This document shows positions 20,275 to 30,478 of a DNA stretch of 64,000 nucleotides, piece after piece. Numbering within the stretch: the stretch's first letter is position 1; each line of letters opens with the position of its first letter. Origin of the DNA: an uncultured bacterium (GTDB taxonomy: Bacteria > Patescibacteriota > Minisyncoccia > SW-4-49-11). The position numbers and the translations under genes were made by a program. The stretch is from NCBI GenBank assembly GCA_937864235.1, contig CALMJI010000006.1:113-64112 (forward strand), in the 5' to 3' direction. Under the pieces are notes generated by a model that was not told where the DNA came from, searched no databases, and saw only the letters and a list, made by a program, of their open reading frames with translations.

Positions 20275-21866
20275 ATTTTTGACTTTAGATGAAAAATAAT
20301 TTCTGCATATGGATTTTTGTCCCTTTCTGTACGATTTAATACTGGTCTTTTGTACTGATTGACGATTTTCATCCCAGCTTTATCAGCTATTTCGGGATAT
20401 AAATTCCATTTATCATTAGCTACCAAGAAAATATCAAAATCTTTAGCGAGATACTTTTTGGCATTCAATAAAACTTTTGAGATTCCCTCTACATAAGAAT
20501 TTTTGGCTTCTTTCCCTTGTCCTTTATATAATGGTCCTATTTCTAACTCATCTTTTCTCTCAAAACCAAATAGATCATAGGCATAAGCATGTTGTTCATG
20601 ATAATCTATTTGTCCTACATAAGGTGGAGATGAAAAAATACCCTTAATTTTCTGCTTCTCAAAAATTGTAGCAAGATTTCTATTTCTAATTTTAATTTCT
20701 TTATATATATCTACTGTTCTAGAATCTCCTGTAATAGTTGTCCAGTATGATTTTCTCTTTAACTGATGAAATTCTTTAATCCTTGCAATGGTATCTTTAG
20801 CATAGCGATTAAACCAATATTTTATAGAAAATATTGGTTTACAAATTTTTTTATGCTTCCAACAATAATAAGTTGTAATTTGGGGTTCTTTCAATGTAGC
20901 CAAATCTGAGTGTGTGGTAGCTCTACAAGATCGAATTGTCCGACTTAATATCACTGATAGCACTCTTTTATTTTTACCATCTTGAACCTTTTTAATCTGT
21001 TCAAAAGCAAAGTCTATTTCTTTTCTAACATTTTGAATATACCATTTATCTAAAAATATTTTATTGTTTTTTTGCTTTAATTCGATTCCATATTTATCTA
21101 CTAATTTCTCATAGATTGCTAAAAATTCTTTCTCTTTTTTGCTAGCATAATTATTTTCATCAATTTCTTTTTTATAGACTTTTCTTTTGAAATTTGGTGA
21201 TGGAAAATTTTTATTATTAAATTTAGATAATTCTATATATAGCTCTTTTTCAAATTCTTGAATTTTTGCATCTACTTCAAATTTAGTAATAGCTAAGTTT
21301 ATATTTTTAATATCTTGCATCAAATCTTCCAGATCATAATCTAATAACTTTATATCTGTTATCATAGTATTAAATCTAGAAATATCTACTCCTACAGAAT
21401 GAATGCCCAATTCATTTGCTTGAACTAAGGTAGTACCAGAGCCAGAAAATGGGTCTAATATAATATCTCCCTGCTTGAAAAACACCTCTTGTTTGAAATT
21501 ATCTATATGTTCATCTATAAAATACTCCACCAGTTGAGGTATAAATTTACCTTTATATGGATGTAATCTATGCACATGCTTGGTAGTATCTTTTTCTCTC
21601 AAATTATCAAATGAGAGACTCCAGTTCAAATCATCTCCTAGCTTTTTCTTCCATTCAATTTCTCTCTTACCATTAAAAGATTGATAATAATTCTTAAGAT
21701 CATTGATATGAACTTGAGTGCTTCCATTGTCTCCATATTTTTTGACCTTCCCGTACTGAATTAAATAAGAAATATTAGTCTCACTAACTACTCTACCCAA
21801 CAATAAACTAGCCCATTCACAAGCTTCTTTTATAGTCAATAATGATTTTGATTCTATATTACTCAT
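20271..21866 (-). CDS. DNA methyltransferase (N4-C type) with N-terminal HTH
   Basis: HPYKGKF, DPFSGSGTT, SSPPY; HTH-like N-terminus. Confidence 0.9.
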   Translation of the reverse strand: MSNIESKSLLTIKEACEWASLLLGRVVSETNISYLIQYGKVKKYGDNGSTQVHINDLKNYYQSFNGKREIEWKKKLGDDLNWSLSFDNLREKDTTKHVHRLHPYKGKFIPQLVEYFIDEHIDNFKQEVFFKQGDIILDPFSGSGTTLVQANELGIHSVGVDISRFNTMITDIKLLDYDLEDLMQDIKNINLAITKFEVDAKIQEFEKELYIELSKFNNKNFPSPNFKRKVYKKEIDENNYASKKEKEFLAIYEKLVDKYGIELKQKNNKIFLDKWYIQNVRKEIDFAFEQIKKVQDGKNKRVLSVILSRTIRSCRATTHSDLATLKEPQITTYYCWKHKKICKPIFSIKYWFNRYAKDTIARIKEFHQLKRKSYWTTITGDSRTVDIYKEIKIRNRNLATIFEKQKIKGIFSSPPYVGQIDYHEQHAYAYDLFGFERKDELEIGPLYKGQGKEAKNSYVEGISKVLLNAKKYLAKDFDIFLVANDKWNLYPEIADKAGMKIVNQYKRPVLNRTERDKNPYAEIIFHLKSKI

Positions 21867-21934
21867 ACCCTCTCATTATACCACACTCCCCCTACCCTTC
21901 CAAAAAACCATTTTTGAGTAGGTGGATGGCTTTG
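21866..21934. repeat. Direct repeat (right): sufD 3' end and TTGGAA-17-TATAAT promoter
   Basis: See 18284-18353; -10 lies 8 nt before the MTase ATG (leaderless-like). Confidence 0.85.
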
Positions 21935-22548
21935 CTTTGGCTGAGACCTCTTGTCATTAAATAAAATATGTCTGTCTCTCGAACTGGATGTATTGAAACT
22001 CCGTGGCTGGCATTGCTATTGTCAGTGGCCACTCTGAGTTCAGGGATGATTTGAATTTGCGGGCGGGCGGTGAGTAATAAAACTTCCGCTGATTGAGTTG
22101 CTTCGCAATGAGTTATAGCCTCTGGGATTTGGATTATAGTGTGTTGGGTTAATTTATTCCTTGTGGTAAGACAATATCTAGAGTCAATCTGAGACTCTGT
22201 ATAGGCAGATTTATGATTGACTGTGATTATATTCTTGGAATCTGCTTGTATATCTAGTCTAGTGATATATTTAATTTTTGAATATGGCTCTATCAGGTCA
22301 ATAGTCCAGTTTATAGTCCCGCTCCAAGCTTCTTGTTCTAATATTTCTAATTTTGCTCCTTTGGTGAGTACTAAATGTATATTATGGTTATACTCCCCTG
22401 CTCCGATTGAGAGCTCTAGGGTCGCTTGTTCGGCTATATGAATCAGACTATTAGATTTTAATTCAGCTAAATTTAATTTTTCCTGATTTCTAGATTTTAT
22501 AATCAGATAATTATCAGCGAATGGAGTGGTTGTATTATATATTGCCAT
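21892..22548 (-). CDS. sufD: SufD-like protein (short)
   Basis: PELRV..ASHG, FYLMTRGLS..A..LL..GF; follows sufB. Confidence 0.85.
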   Translation of the reverse strand: MAIYNTTTPFADNYLIIKSRNQEKLNLAELKSNSLIHIAEQATLELSIGAGEYNHNIHLVLTKGAKLEILEQEAWSGTINWTIDLIEPYSKIKYITRLDIQADSKNIITVNHKSAYTESQIDSRYCLTTRNKLTQHTIIQIPEAITHCEATQSAEVLLLTARPQIQIIPELRVATDNSNASHGVSIHPVRETDIFYLMTRGLSQSKAIHLLKNGFLEG

Positions 22549-22551
22549 ATT

Positions 22552-23949
22552 CTAAGTTGCTGAGTCAGTAATTTCAAGTTCAATCAAACGATTGAGCTCA
22601 ATTGCATATTCTAGTGGCAGAGCTTTGACTACTGGCTCTATAAAACCATTGACTATCATTTTCCTAGCCTCTCCCTCAGTCATACCTCTACTCATCAAAT
22701 AAAAAACCTCTTCCTCCCCCACCTTACCCACTCTAGCCTCATGTCCAATCTGGGCATCGCTAGTCTCTACCTGCATTACGGGATAGGTATCAGATTTAGC
22801 TCCGTCATTCATCAGGAGAGCATCACAGACAATATGTGATTCACTACCAATAGCTTTGGGTGTAATTTTGACCAAACCGCGATAGGATGAAATTCCATTA
22901 TCTTGAGAAATACTTTTAGCACTGATGGTTGATTTGGTATAAGGAGCTACATGGATTACTTTGGAGCCTGTATCCTGCTCTTGTCCCTCTCCTGCAAAGG
23001 CTATTCCAAGACTATCCGAACGAGCATATTCTCCCCTCAGAATACTACAAGGATATAACATTGTCACCCCGCTACCCATATTCCCATTTAGCCATTCAAT
23101 AGTACCGTGGGCATCTACTAAAGCTCTTTTAGTATTGAGATTATAGGTATTTTTACTCCAGTTTTCTATGCTAATATATTTGACTTGAGCTCCTTTGTGG
23201 ACGAATATCTCCACTCCACCAGCATGCAAGGCCGAAGCATTCCATCTTGGAGCACTACAACCCTCAATATAAGTTAATTTTGAACCTTCATCGGCAATAA
23301 TTAAAGTATGTTCAAATTGTCCTCCAGCCTGCATATTCATCCGAAAATATGCTTGTAGCGGTAATTCGACTTCCACCCCTTTTGGAACATAAATAAATGT
23401 TCCTCCACTCCAAACTGAAGCATGCAACATAATAAATTTATGATCATTGATTGGGATACATTGAGTCATAAAATATTTCTGTACTAAATCTGGATATTCC
23501 TGCAAAGCTGTATCCATATTCTCAAAAATCACCCCTTTATCCTTCAAATCCTGCTTTAGATTATGATATACCATATCTGAGTCATATTGAGCTCCAACCC
23601 CTCCTAGAGCCTGTTTTTCGGCCTCAGGGATACCTAATTTATCAAAAGTATCCCGAATATCGTCTGGTACATTTTCCCAAGTTGTAGATTCATCAGCGTC
23701 TGGGCGACTAAAATAGATAATTTTCTCTAAATCAAGTCCATCTAGACTTGGACCCCAATTGGGAAGAGGAGTTTGCTTATATAATTCAAAAGCCCTAAGC
23801 CTCTTTGCTAACATCCAAGAGGGTTCGTTTTTTTGTTTGGATATCTCTTCAACCACCTCCCGATTAAGTCCCGGTTTGGTCTGAAATTTTCCCTTATGTA
23901 AGCTATGATTATCGTATACTGATCTATCCATAAATTTGCCTCTAGCCAA
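22552..23949 (-). CDS. sufB: Fe-S cluster assembly protein SufB
   Basis: GVGAQYDS, WSGGTFIYVPKG, GQFEHTLI, YIEGCSAP, FYLMSRG. Confidence 0.97.
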   Translation of the reverse strand: MARGKFMDRSVYDNHSLHKGKFQTKPGLNREVVEEISKQKNEPSWMLAKRLRAFELYKQTPLPNWGPSLDGLDLEKIIYFSRPDADESTTWENVPDDIRDTFDKLGIPEAEKQALGGVGAQYDSDMVYHNLKQDLKDKGVIFENMDTALQEYPDLVQKYFMTQCIPINDHKFIMLHASVWSGGTFIYVPKGVEVELPLQAYFRMNMQAGGQFEHTLIIADEGSKLTYIEGCSAPRWNASALHAGGVEIFVHKGAQVKYISIENWSKNTYNLNTKRALVDAHGTIEWLNGNMGSGVTMLYPCSILRGEYARSDSLGIAFAGEGQEQDTGSKVIHVAPYTKSTISAKSISQDNGISSYRGLVKITPKAIGSESHIVCDALLMNDGAKSDTYPVMQVETSDAQIGHEARVGKVGEEEVFYLMSRGMTEGEARKMIVNGFIEPVVKALPLEYAIELNRLIELEITDSAT

Positions 23950-24013
23950 AATATATTATTATGTTATACTATAGCAAAATAATACAATTATCTCAATTAA
24001 TTTTAATAAGCTT

Positions 24014-24655
24014 ATGGATATCTTCTTTGATTACCTTATCCGAAATGATGTACCCAGAGAAACAATAGACATCTTGTTGATGTTTCCTATTATGGCTGGT
24101 TTCATCGTAGCAGCCAGACAAATCGTGGGAGTTAAGGCTTTTGGTATATATACACCACTGATTATCACATTTGCTCTGACTGAAATTGGGTTCAAATACG
24201 GAGTTAGTATTTTTATAGTCTCCCTTCTGGTAGCCTCAATAGTACGATTCCTACTTAGAAAAATTAGAATTTTGTATTTACCAAAAATGGCTTTGATACT
24301 ATCTATTACAGCCTTGTCTATGTTCTTTAGTCTAATCTGGGGCATATTCTCAGATAGCACAATGTTTGTACAAGCCTCAATTTACCAGATTTTAATTATT
24401 ATAACCTTAGTAGAGAAATTCATCAATGCTCAGATGGAAAAAGGTTATCGTACGGCGGTAATTCTATCTCTAGAAACTTTAATCCTAGCCTCATTTGGAA
24501 ACTTAATTATGACAACTACCAGACTTCGAGACTTGGTATTCTATAATCCTTGGGTTATTCTAATTGTCTTTGCTGGAATTATATTCTTAGGACGCTATGA
24601 AGGACTTAGACTTTCTGAATATATACGCTTTAGAAAAATTATTAGCAATCAATAA
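24014..24655 (+). CDS. 7TM domain protein (7TM_transglut family, without the transglutaminase domain)
   Basis: RQIVGVKAFGIYTP, YLPKMA, GRYEGLRLSEYIRF. Confidence 0.85.
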   Translation: MDIFFDYLIRNDVPRETIDILLMFPIMAGFIVAARQIVGVKAFGIYTPLIITFALTEIGFKYGVSIFIVSLLVASIVRFLLRKIRILYLPKMALILSITALSMFFSLIWGIFSDSTMFVQASIYQILIIITLVEKFINAQMEKGYRTAVILSLETLILASFGNLIMTTTRLRDLVFYNPWVILIVFAGIIFLGRYEGLRLSEYIRFRKIISNQ

Positions 24656-24658
24656 GCT

Positions 24659-26080
24659 ATGAATTGGCTAGAAGCATTCGTATTTAGTCAAAAAATACTC
24701 GGGATGAATGCCCGCAATCTTTCTTATATCAAACCCTACAATTACCGCAAATGGGTAAAGCTAGTAGACAATAAAATCAAGTTCAAAAAAGCCCTACAAC
24801 AAAATAATATCCCGACCCCAAAACTCTTAGCTTCTATCCGCTCCTATGAAAAGCTTAATGATTTTGATTATAATAAATTACCAAAAAGCTTTGTTCTAAA
24901 ACCAACATCTGGCTTTGGAGGAGAAGGAATTGTAGTGATTTTTGGAGAACACAAAAAAAGAACAGCCGACGGCGAGAGACAATGGGTCAAAACTAAAGGA
25001 GTCAAACTCAGTGAGACTATGATTCACAACCATATTAGTAATATTCTAGATGGAACATATTCTCGAACCAATAGCCCGGATGTAGCCTTCTTTGAAGAGA
25101 GAATCAAAATCAACAAATCATTCAAGCATTTAGCCTACAAAGGTATTCCTGATATTAGAGTTATCGTATTCAATCGCATTCCCGTAATGGCAATGATGAG
25201 AATCCCGACCAAAGAATCCGACGGCAAAGCTAATCTGCATCTTGGAGGAATTGGAGTCGGAATAGATATGGCTACCGGAGTTACTACCAATGCCATTATG
25301 CGAGAGAAATTTATCGATACTATCCCAGGGACAAAAATTAATTTAGCTGGGATTAGAATCCCATATTGGAATACAATTTTGGATATTGCAATTCGCACTG
25401 CTGATGTGACAAATCTAGGGCTCACTGGAGTAGATATAGCCATAGACCGAGATGCTGGACCGGTAGTATTAGAGGCCAATGCACGACCGGGACTAGCCAT
25501 CCAAATTGCCAATCTCGCCCCCCTAAAAGAAAGACTCCAAAAAGTCAAAGGTCTCAAAGTCAAAACTATCAAAAGAGCAATCCGACTAGCAAAAGATCTC
25601 TTCGGAGGAGAAATTGAAGAGGAAATTGAGGAAATCACCGGACGACAAGTGATAGGTTTGATTGAAGAAATCACCCTGTTTGGTAAAGACAGTCAAAAAC
25701 AAACTATTCTAGCTAAGGTAGATACAGGAGCAGGCAAAACATCTATTGATGAAAATTTAGCTATTGAATTAGGTTATGCTGGAGTGTTAGAGCATATGAA
25801 AAAGTTTAAAATAAAGCCAGTGCTAACCTTAGATGAAATTAATGAGCTATCTAAAAATAAAGTCTGGCAAAAAATAGAAGAGCACCCCGATATAGTGGGA
25901 GTCTCTAAAGTAAAAAGTAGTCACGGCTACTCTTATAGACCGATAATCTATATCAAACTTAAAGTTAGAGATGATATTTTTGGAACAAAAGCCAATATTA
26001 TAACTAGACAAGATTTGGAGTACCAAATGATATTAGGAGAAAACTCCCTCAAAAGATTTATCATAGATCCAAGGAAGTAA
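24659..26080 (+). CDS. Alpha-L-glutamate ligase-like ATP-grasp fused to a retropepsin-like (RimB-type) protease
   Basis: ILGMNARN, KANLHLGG, LEANARPGLAIQIAN; C-terminal AKVDTGA and MILG motifs. Confidence 0.9.
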   Translation: MNWLEAFVFSQKILGMNARNLSYIKPYNYRKWVKLVDNKIKFKKALQQNNIPTPKLLASIRSYEKLNDFDYNKLPKSFVLKPTSGFGGEGIVVIFGEHKKRTADGERQWVKTKGVKLSETMIHNHISNILDGTYSRTNSPDVAFFEERIKINKSFKHLAYKGIPDIRVIVFNRIPVMAMMRIPTKESDGKANLHLGGIGVGIDMATGVTTNAIMREKFIDTIPGTKINLAGIRIPYWNTILDIAIRTADVTNLGLTGVDIAIDRDAGPVVLEANARPGLAIQIANLAPLKERLQKVKGLKVKTIKRAIRLAKDLFGGEIEEEIEEITGRQVIGLIEEITLFGKDSQKQTILAKVDTGAGKTSIDENLAIELGYAGVLEHMKKFKIKPVLTLDEINELSKNKVWQKIEEHPDIVGVSKVKSSHGYSYRPIIYIKLKVRDDIFGTKANIITRQDLEYQMILGENSLKRFIIDPRK

Positions 26081-26088
26081 AATATCAC

Positions 26089-26943
26089 ATGAAGACAATA
26101 CTATTTACAACACGTAATGAACCAAATACAAAAACAATTAGTAAGTTGATCGAAGCTGCCAAAAGATTAGACCTCAATATAGAAATAATTCATACTAAAT
26201 CTAGTATAAATAAACTCCATAAAAATAATAAATTAAAACATATAGACTTTGCAATACATAGAGACGTTGATTGTGCTCCATCCCAAAACTTTTATGTAAA
26301 TCAACTTCCATCATCAACGAGGCAACTAAATAAAGATTTTTTATTGAAATTTAATAAATATGACAAAGCTATACAATATTCATATTTATCCCAAACTAAT
26401 CACAGTATCCCTTTAATCCCTACCATATGGTCATTTGATACTTTAAGCTATGAATATATATGTAAATATTTTCAAGATAACAAGTTTTTAGTTAAACCTA
26501 GCTGGGGATCATTTGGAAATGGAATTCAAATCATAGACTCTCAGTCAAAGTTAGATGAATATTATAAAACAAATCGTCCTTACAATATTATATTTCAACA
26601 GTATATTCCGATTGAATGGGATATTAGGGTTTTAATAATAGGAAATAAAGTATTGGGAGGAATGAAAAGGAATAAGCCTCATGAGGATTCCATTGTAACC
26701 AATATATCCAAAGGTGGTATTGGGGAAAAATTTGTATTGTCACCTGAAGTAGAAAAAATAGCTTTGGATGTATCTAGAACGTTATCATTAGAATACGCTG
26801 GGGTAGATATTTTATTTGATTCTAAACATAATCCTTATGTGATTGAAGTGAATTCAAGCCCACAATTCTATGGTTTCAATAAGACCTTTAATATTCAAGT
26901 TGAAGATTTATTACTAGATTACTTGATATCATCTAAAGGTTAA
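26089..26943 (+). CDS. RimK-family ATP-grasp ligase
   Basis: VKPSWGSFGNG, QQYI, DIRV, NISKGG, GVDI, EVNSSP. Confidence 0.9.
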   Translation: MKTILFTTRNEPNTKTISKLIEAAKRLDLNIEIIHTKSSINKLHKNNKLKHIDFAIHRDVDCAPSQNFYVNQLPSSTRQLNKDFLLKFNKYDKAIQYSYLSQTNHSIPLIPTIWSFDTLSYEYICKYFQDNKFLVKPSWGSFGNGIQIIDSQSKLDEYYKTNRPYNIIFQQYIPIEWDIRVLIIGNKVLGGMKRNKPHEDSIVTNISKGGIGEKFVLSPEVEKIALDVSRTLSLEYAGVDILFDSKHNPYVIEVNSSPQFYGFNKTFNIQVEDLLLDYLISSKG

Positions 26944-26947
26944 ATTT

Positions 26948-27808
26948 ATGAAAAAAATATTATTCATTAATTTTCGAACATCATTCCAAGTAGAGTTTAA
27001 AAAAAACATAGAATCTCATGGATATAATTTCTATCATATTAAATTTACTGAGCTATCTTTACTAAATAATCAGATACTTGTGAATGACTCAAAACTTGAA
27101 GAGTTTAGCTATGTATTTGTAGGACTAACTGAGAAACACAAACATATTAGCCCTATTTTGAAGCAATATCTAATTAATAAAAATATACCTTTTATATTTT
27201 ATGGACATAAACCTGATCATATTGACTCTAAATCATTTGAAATATATAATTTGAGTAGTAATAATATTCCAATTATACCTTCCTTAATTTCAAGAGATAA
27301 AAATACAATAGCTGACTTTATAAACCAATATACTAATCCTTTTATAACAAAACCTGTAAATGGTAGAAAGGGTAGAGAAATACTTCAACATTCCTCTTTA
27401 GAATCTACAATGGATGCCGTAAATAAATCTGAGACTCCTCTAATTATTCAGCCTATGATCCTTAATAACGGTGATTATAGAGTTTGGATATTAAAGGGGC
27501 GGGTCATAGGGGTAATCAAGAGAAGTCCTAATGCAGAGGGTGAGTTTAGGTCTAATATTTCTCTTGGTGGAACTGCTCAAGTAGCTAGCCTCCCTGATGA
27601 TGTATTAGATATGGCTATCAAGTCAGCTCAAATTCTAGATTTGGATATGGCTGGAGTAGATATTATTCAAGATATTAATACCAAGAAGTATTATATTATG
27701 GAAGTTAATGCAGCCCCCCAATTCACTGGCTTTATGGCAACAACGGGTATTAATTTGTTTGAAGTTATCACAAAATATATAATACAAGAAATTGAAGTTA
27801 AGAAATAA
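26948..27808 (+). CDS. RimK-family ATP-grasp ligase (second paralog)
   Basis: KPVNGRKG, DYRV, FRSNISLGG, GVDII, EVNAAP. Confidence 0.9.
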   Translation: MKKILFINFRTSFQVEFKKNIESHGYNFYHIKFTELSLLNNQILVNDSKLEEFSYVFVGLTEKHKHISPILKQYLINKNIPFIFYGHKPDHIDSKSFEIYNLSSNNIPIIPSLISRDKNTIADFINQYTNPFITKPVNGRKGREILQHSSLESTMDAVNKSETPLIIQPMILNNGDYRVWILKGRVIGVIKRSPNAEGEFRSNISLGGTAQVASLPDDVLDMAIKSAQILDLDMAGVDIIQDINTKKYYIMEVNAAPQFTGFMATTGINLFEVITKYIIQEIEVKK

Positions 27809-27828
27809 TTATAATCTTACATAAAATT

Positions 27829-29761
27829 ATGTCAATAGAAACCGATACTAGACCAATAGAACATAATGAAAGACAGCCAATCTTTTATCCTGAACGCCCC
27901 TCTTACTCAGCTCAAAGGCTTCTTCATGAAATATCAAAATATCAATATGGAGAAAAACAACAAGAACCATTGACCCCTGAAGAGTATCTTGAATCAATAA
28001 ATTTTGAAAATCCTTTTGTAGATGAGTTAGCTAAGCTATATTCTATAAGTTATGATAAAAAAACACTATACCCTGAATATTTTGATACCGTTATGGGACA
28101 AAAGGAGTTACAAGAAGTTATTTTATCACACTATTTAGCCAATAAAGGCCTGCCTGAAACTCAAATTATATTGGATAGATTATATAAAAATTCTAATCTG
28201 GAAAATAATAGTTCCCCGATTGACATTAGAGCAAGTATTTATATTTTAAGAAAATTAGACCCTGAATCCTTAGCTATATTAGGTGAGAAAAGTCTAAAAC
28301 ATCATACTAAGAAAATGTTGGAGACTCTATCTAAACATATTACAGAAGATGGGGCATTAAATATAGATGGTTTGGATAATCCAGAAAAAGTAATGTTTAT
28401 TGACCGTCCTGAAGAATTAGAGAAAAAAATTATAGGATTAAGAGAATTAAAGTTAAAATTAGAACAAGAAAGACTTAAGCTATCCCAGATAGAAGTAGGT
28501 ACCCCCGATAATAGTTCCACATTAATTCATTTCAAACTATCTAGAATCAGAGAGCTTATCAAAAAAATTAATGTTTTATTAGCTGAAACTTTAGAAGATA
28601 GAGCAATTCTGGATGCTGAAGCAGATTTGCCATCTCACAAACCAAAGTATAAATTAGATAAGTTTAGATATGGGGTTGGTCAGATGAGTTCTGAAGGTAA
28701 TTATGACCAAATAGACAGCAGATTATTACAACAAGCTGATGAAATAGCTGAAGAACATATTAAGTTAAATCAAGAAAAAGCATCTATCCTAGCAGAACAA
28801 GGATTAGACGTAAAAAAAAATGGAAGATGCAAGTATTGAACCTGAGGAAATAAAAATATACTTGGATAGGATTTTATCAGAATATGGATTGTTAAGCGAT
28901 TATCCTGCTGATCAAGAACAAGTAGATAATAATATTAAACCTACTGATAATAAGTGGAGATGTTATATAAAGCCTAATCAGTCCGTATTTGAAATTGATA
29001 GCAAAAGTAAAACTTTATTTATCCCAATTAAGAAGAGGTCTATTATAGATGTATTAACAAAAGGTGCTACTCATGAAATAATTCATATCCTTCAAAGAGA
29101 AAATACTGCTGAAATTGGACTACCCTTATACACTAACCCTCAACAAATGGGAGGGGATAGATCTGATCTATTTCAAGAGGGTGGAGCTATGTACTATCAA
29201 GATCAAGCTTCTCAAGAATTATTTGGATTTGCCAGTCCACCAGGGCCACATTATCTTAGAGCTATGGCCGTCAAACAAGCTGGAGGAGACTATCTAGCTT
29301 GTGTTAAGGCATATTATGAAAACACTATATCAGTCAACCCTAAAAAAGGAAAGTTGGCACCAAAAACCGCTATTAGTAGTGCTAGAAGATTGTTCCGTAA
29401 CTCAATAAACTTCAATAACAACGACCGCTCTATTCCTTCTACTAAAGATACTGTTTATCTAGAGCAAAAAGCGGTAGTAGAAGAAATTCTCAAATATTCT
29501 GAACTTCAAAATCTTATCTTAGTATCTGGAATTAACCTTGAGACGGCAAAAGAAATGATTCATTTTGGGTTATTAGATTTGAGTAAGCTAAGAACCCCAG
29601 ATTTATCTTATGTACAAAAAATTTGGGAGGAGGAAAAGCATAAATACACCCTAGACCCCCCAAACACAGAACCCGTCTCATCCCCCAATTCAGAGGAGAC
29701 TTCAGAACAAACTCCCCCATCCCCCACTACCCAAACAATAGACAAAAAATTAAAATTGTGA
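27829..29761 (+). CDS. DUF1704/MATCAP-like metallopeptidase split by +1 frameshift at A9 (28812-28820)
   Basis: ORFs 27829-28839 and 28820-29761 join with A8 (643 aa); HEIIH, FQEGGA, TKDTVYLE motifs in the second part. Confidence 0.72.
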
Positions 29762-29800
29762 TATATTTGATAAAGTGCATTATACAATTATAACTTTATA

Positions 29801-29876
29801 GCCGAAATAGCTCAGCTGGTAGAGCAACCGCCTTGTAAGCGGTAGGTCGGGGGTTCAAGTCCTCTTTTCGGCTCCA
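29801..29876 (+). tRNA. tRNA-Thr(TGT)
   Basis: Cloverleaf, anticodon loop CTTGTAA, encoded CCA. Confidence 0.96.
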
Positions 29877-29911
29877 TAGATATTTCTATGGTATAATGTA
29901 TGTACATTTTT

Positions 29912-29999
29912 GGGCAGATGGCGGAGCAGTCAAACGCATCGGTCTGTAAAACCGACGCCTTTTCAGGCTACGTAGGTGCGAGTCCTACTCTGCCCACCA
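29912..29999 (+). tRNA. tRNA-Tyr(GTA)
   Basis: Loop CTGTAAA, long variable arm, CCA; T-loop TGCGAGT. Confidence 0.95.
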
Positions 30000-30069
30000 A
30001 ACATTTACCAAAATAGTTGCAAAATATTTTATTTTGTGTATACTATGTTGGTATTTATCTTATTATTAA

Positions 30070-30142
30070 GGGTGCATAGCTCAGTTGGTAGAGCAGAGGC
30101 CTTTTAAGCCTTTGGTCGGTGGTTCGAGCCCACCTGCACCCA
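30070..30142 (+). tRNA. tRNA-Lys(TTT)
   Basis: Loop CTTTTAA, GGTTCGAGCC, no encoded CCA. Confidence 0.95.
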
Positions 30143-30240
30143 CATTTATAAAAAATTCATAATCTTACTCTATAATTACTTATACATCATATACTTTTGC
30201 ATTAGATTACTGAAGAAAAATTATAAAAAAGAGTGCTTAA

Positions 30241-30350
30241 TTTTGTCTCCCTTAGGAGGGGGAAGCCTGAAAGGCGGGGGTGGATAAAACATAAACTAGA
30301 ACTCTATCCACCTCCGGCACTCCGTGCCACCTCCTCCAAAGGAGGACAAT
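30241..30350. repeat. Inverted pair of GC-rich double-hairpin repeats
   Basis: TCCACCTCCGGCACTCCGTGCCACCTCCTCCAAAGGAGGACA matches the reverse complement of ~52034-52076 with 1 mismatch. Confidence 0.85.
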
Positions 30351-30478
30351 TACTATCCAATTTATGATATTAGTCTAGTAATGTATACAATCCCTTTTGT
30401 CGATGATTACCTCATCTCGTACACCCTATACACAAAAACTAAAATATATGTTATAATTATTTTAATATATATTTTAAT

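Noticed and set aside
25135-25674. 179 aa antisense ORF and similar shadows (9600, 35564, 38525, 53398, 54860)
   Set aside because: Antisense to well-conserved genes
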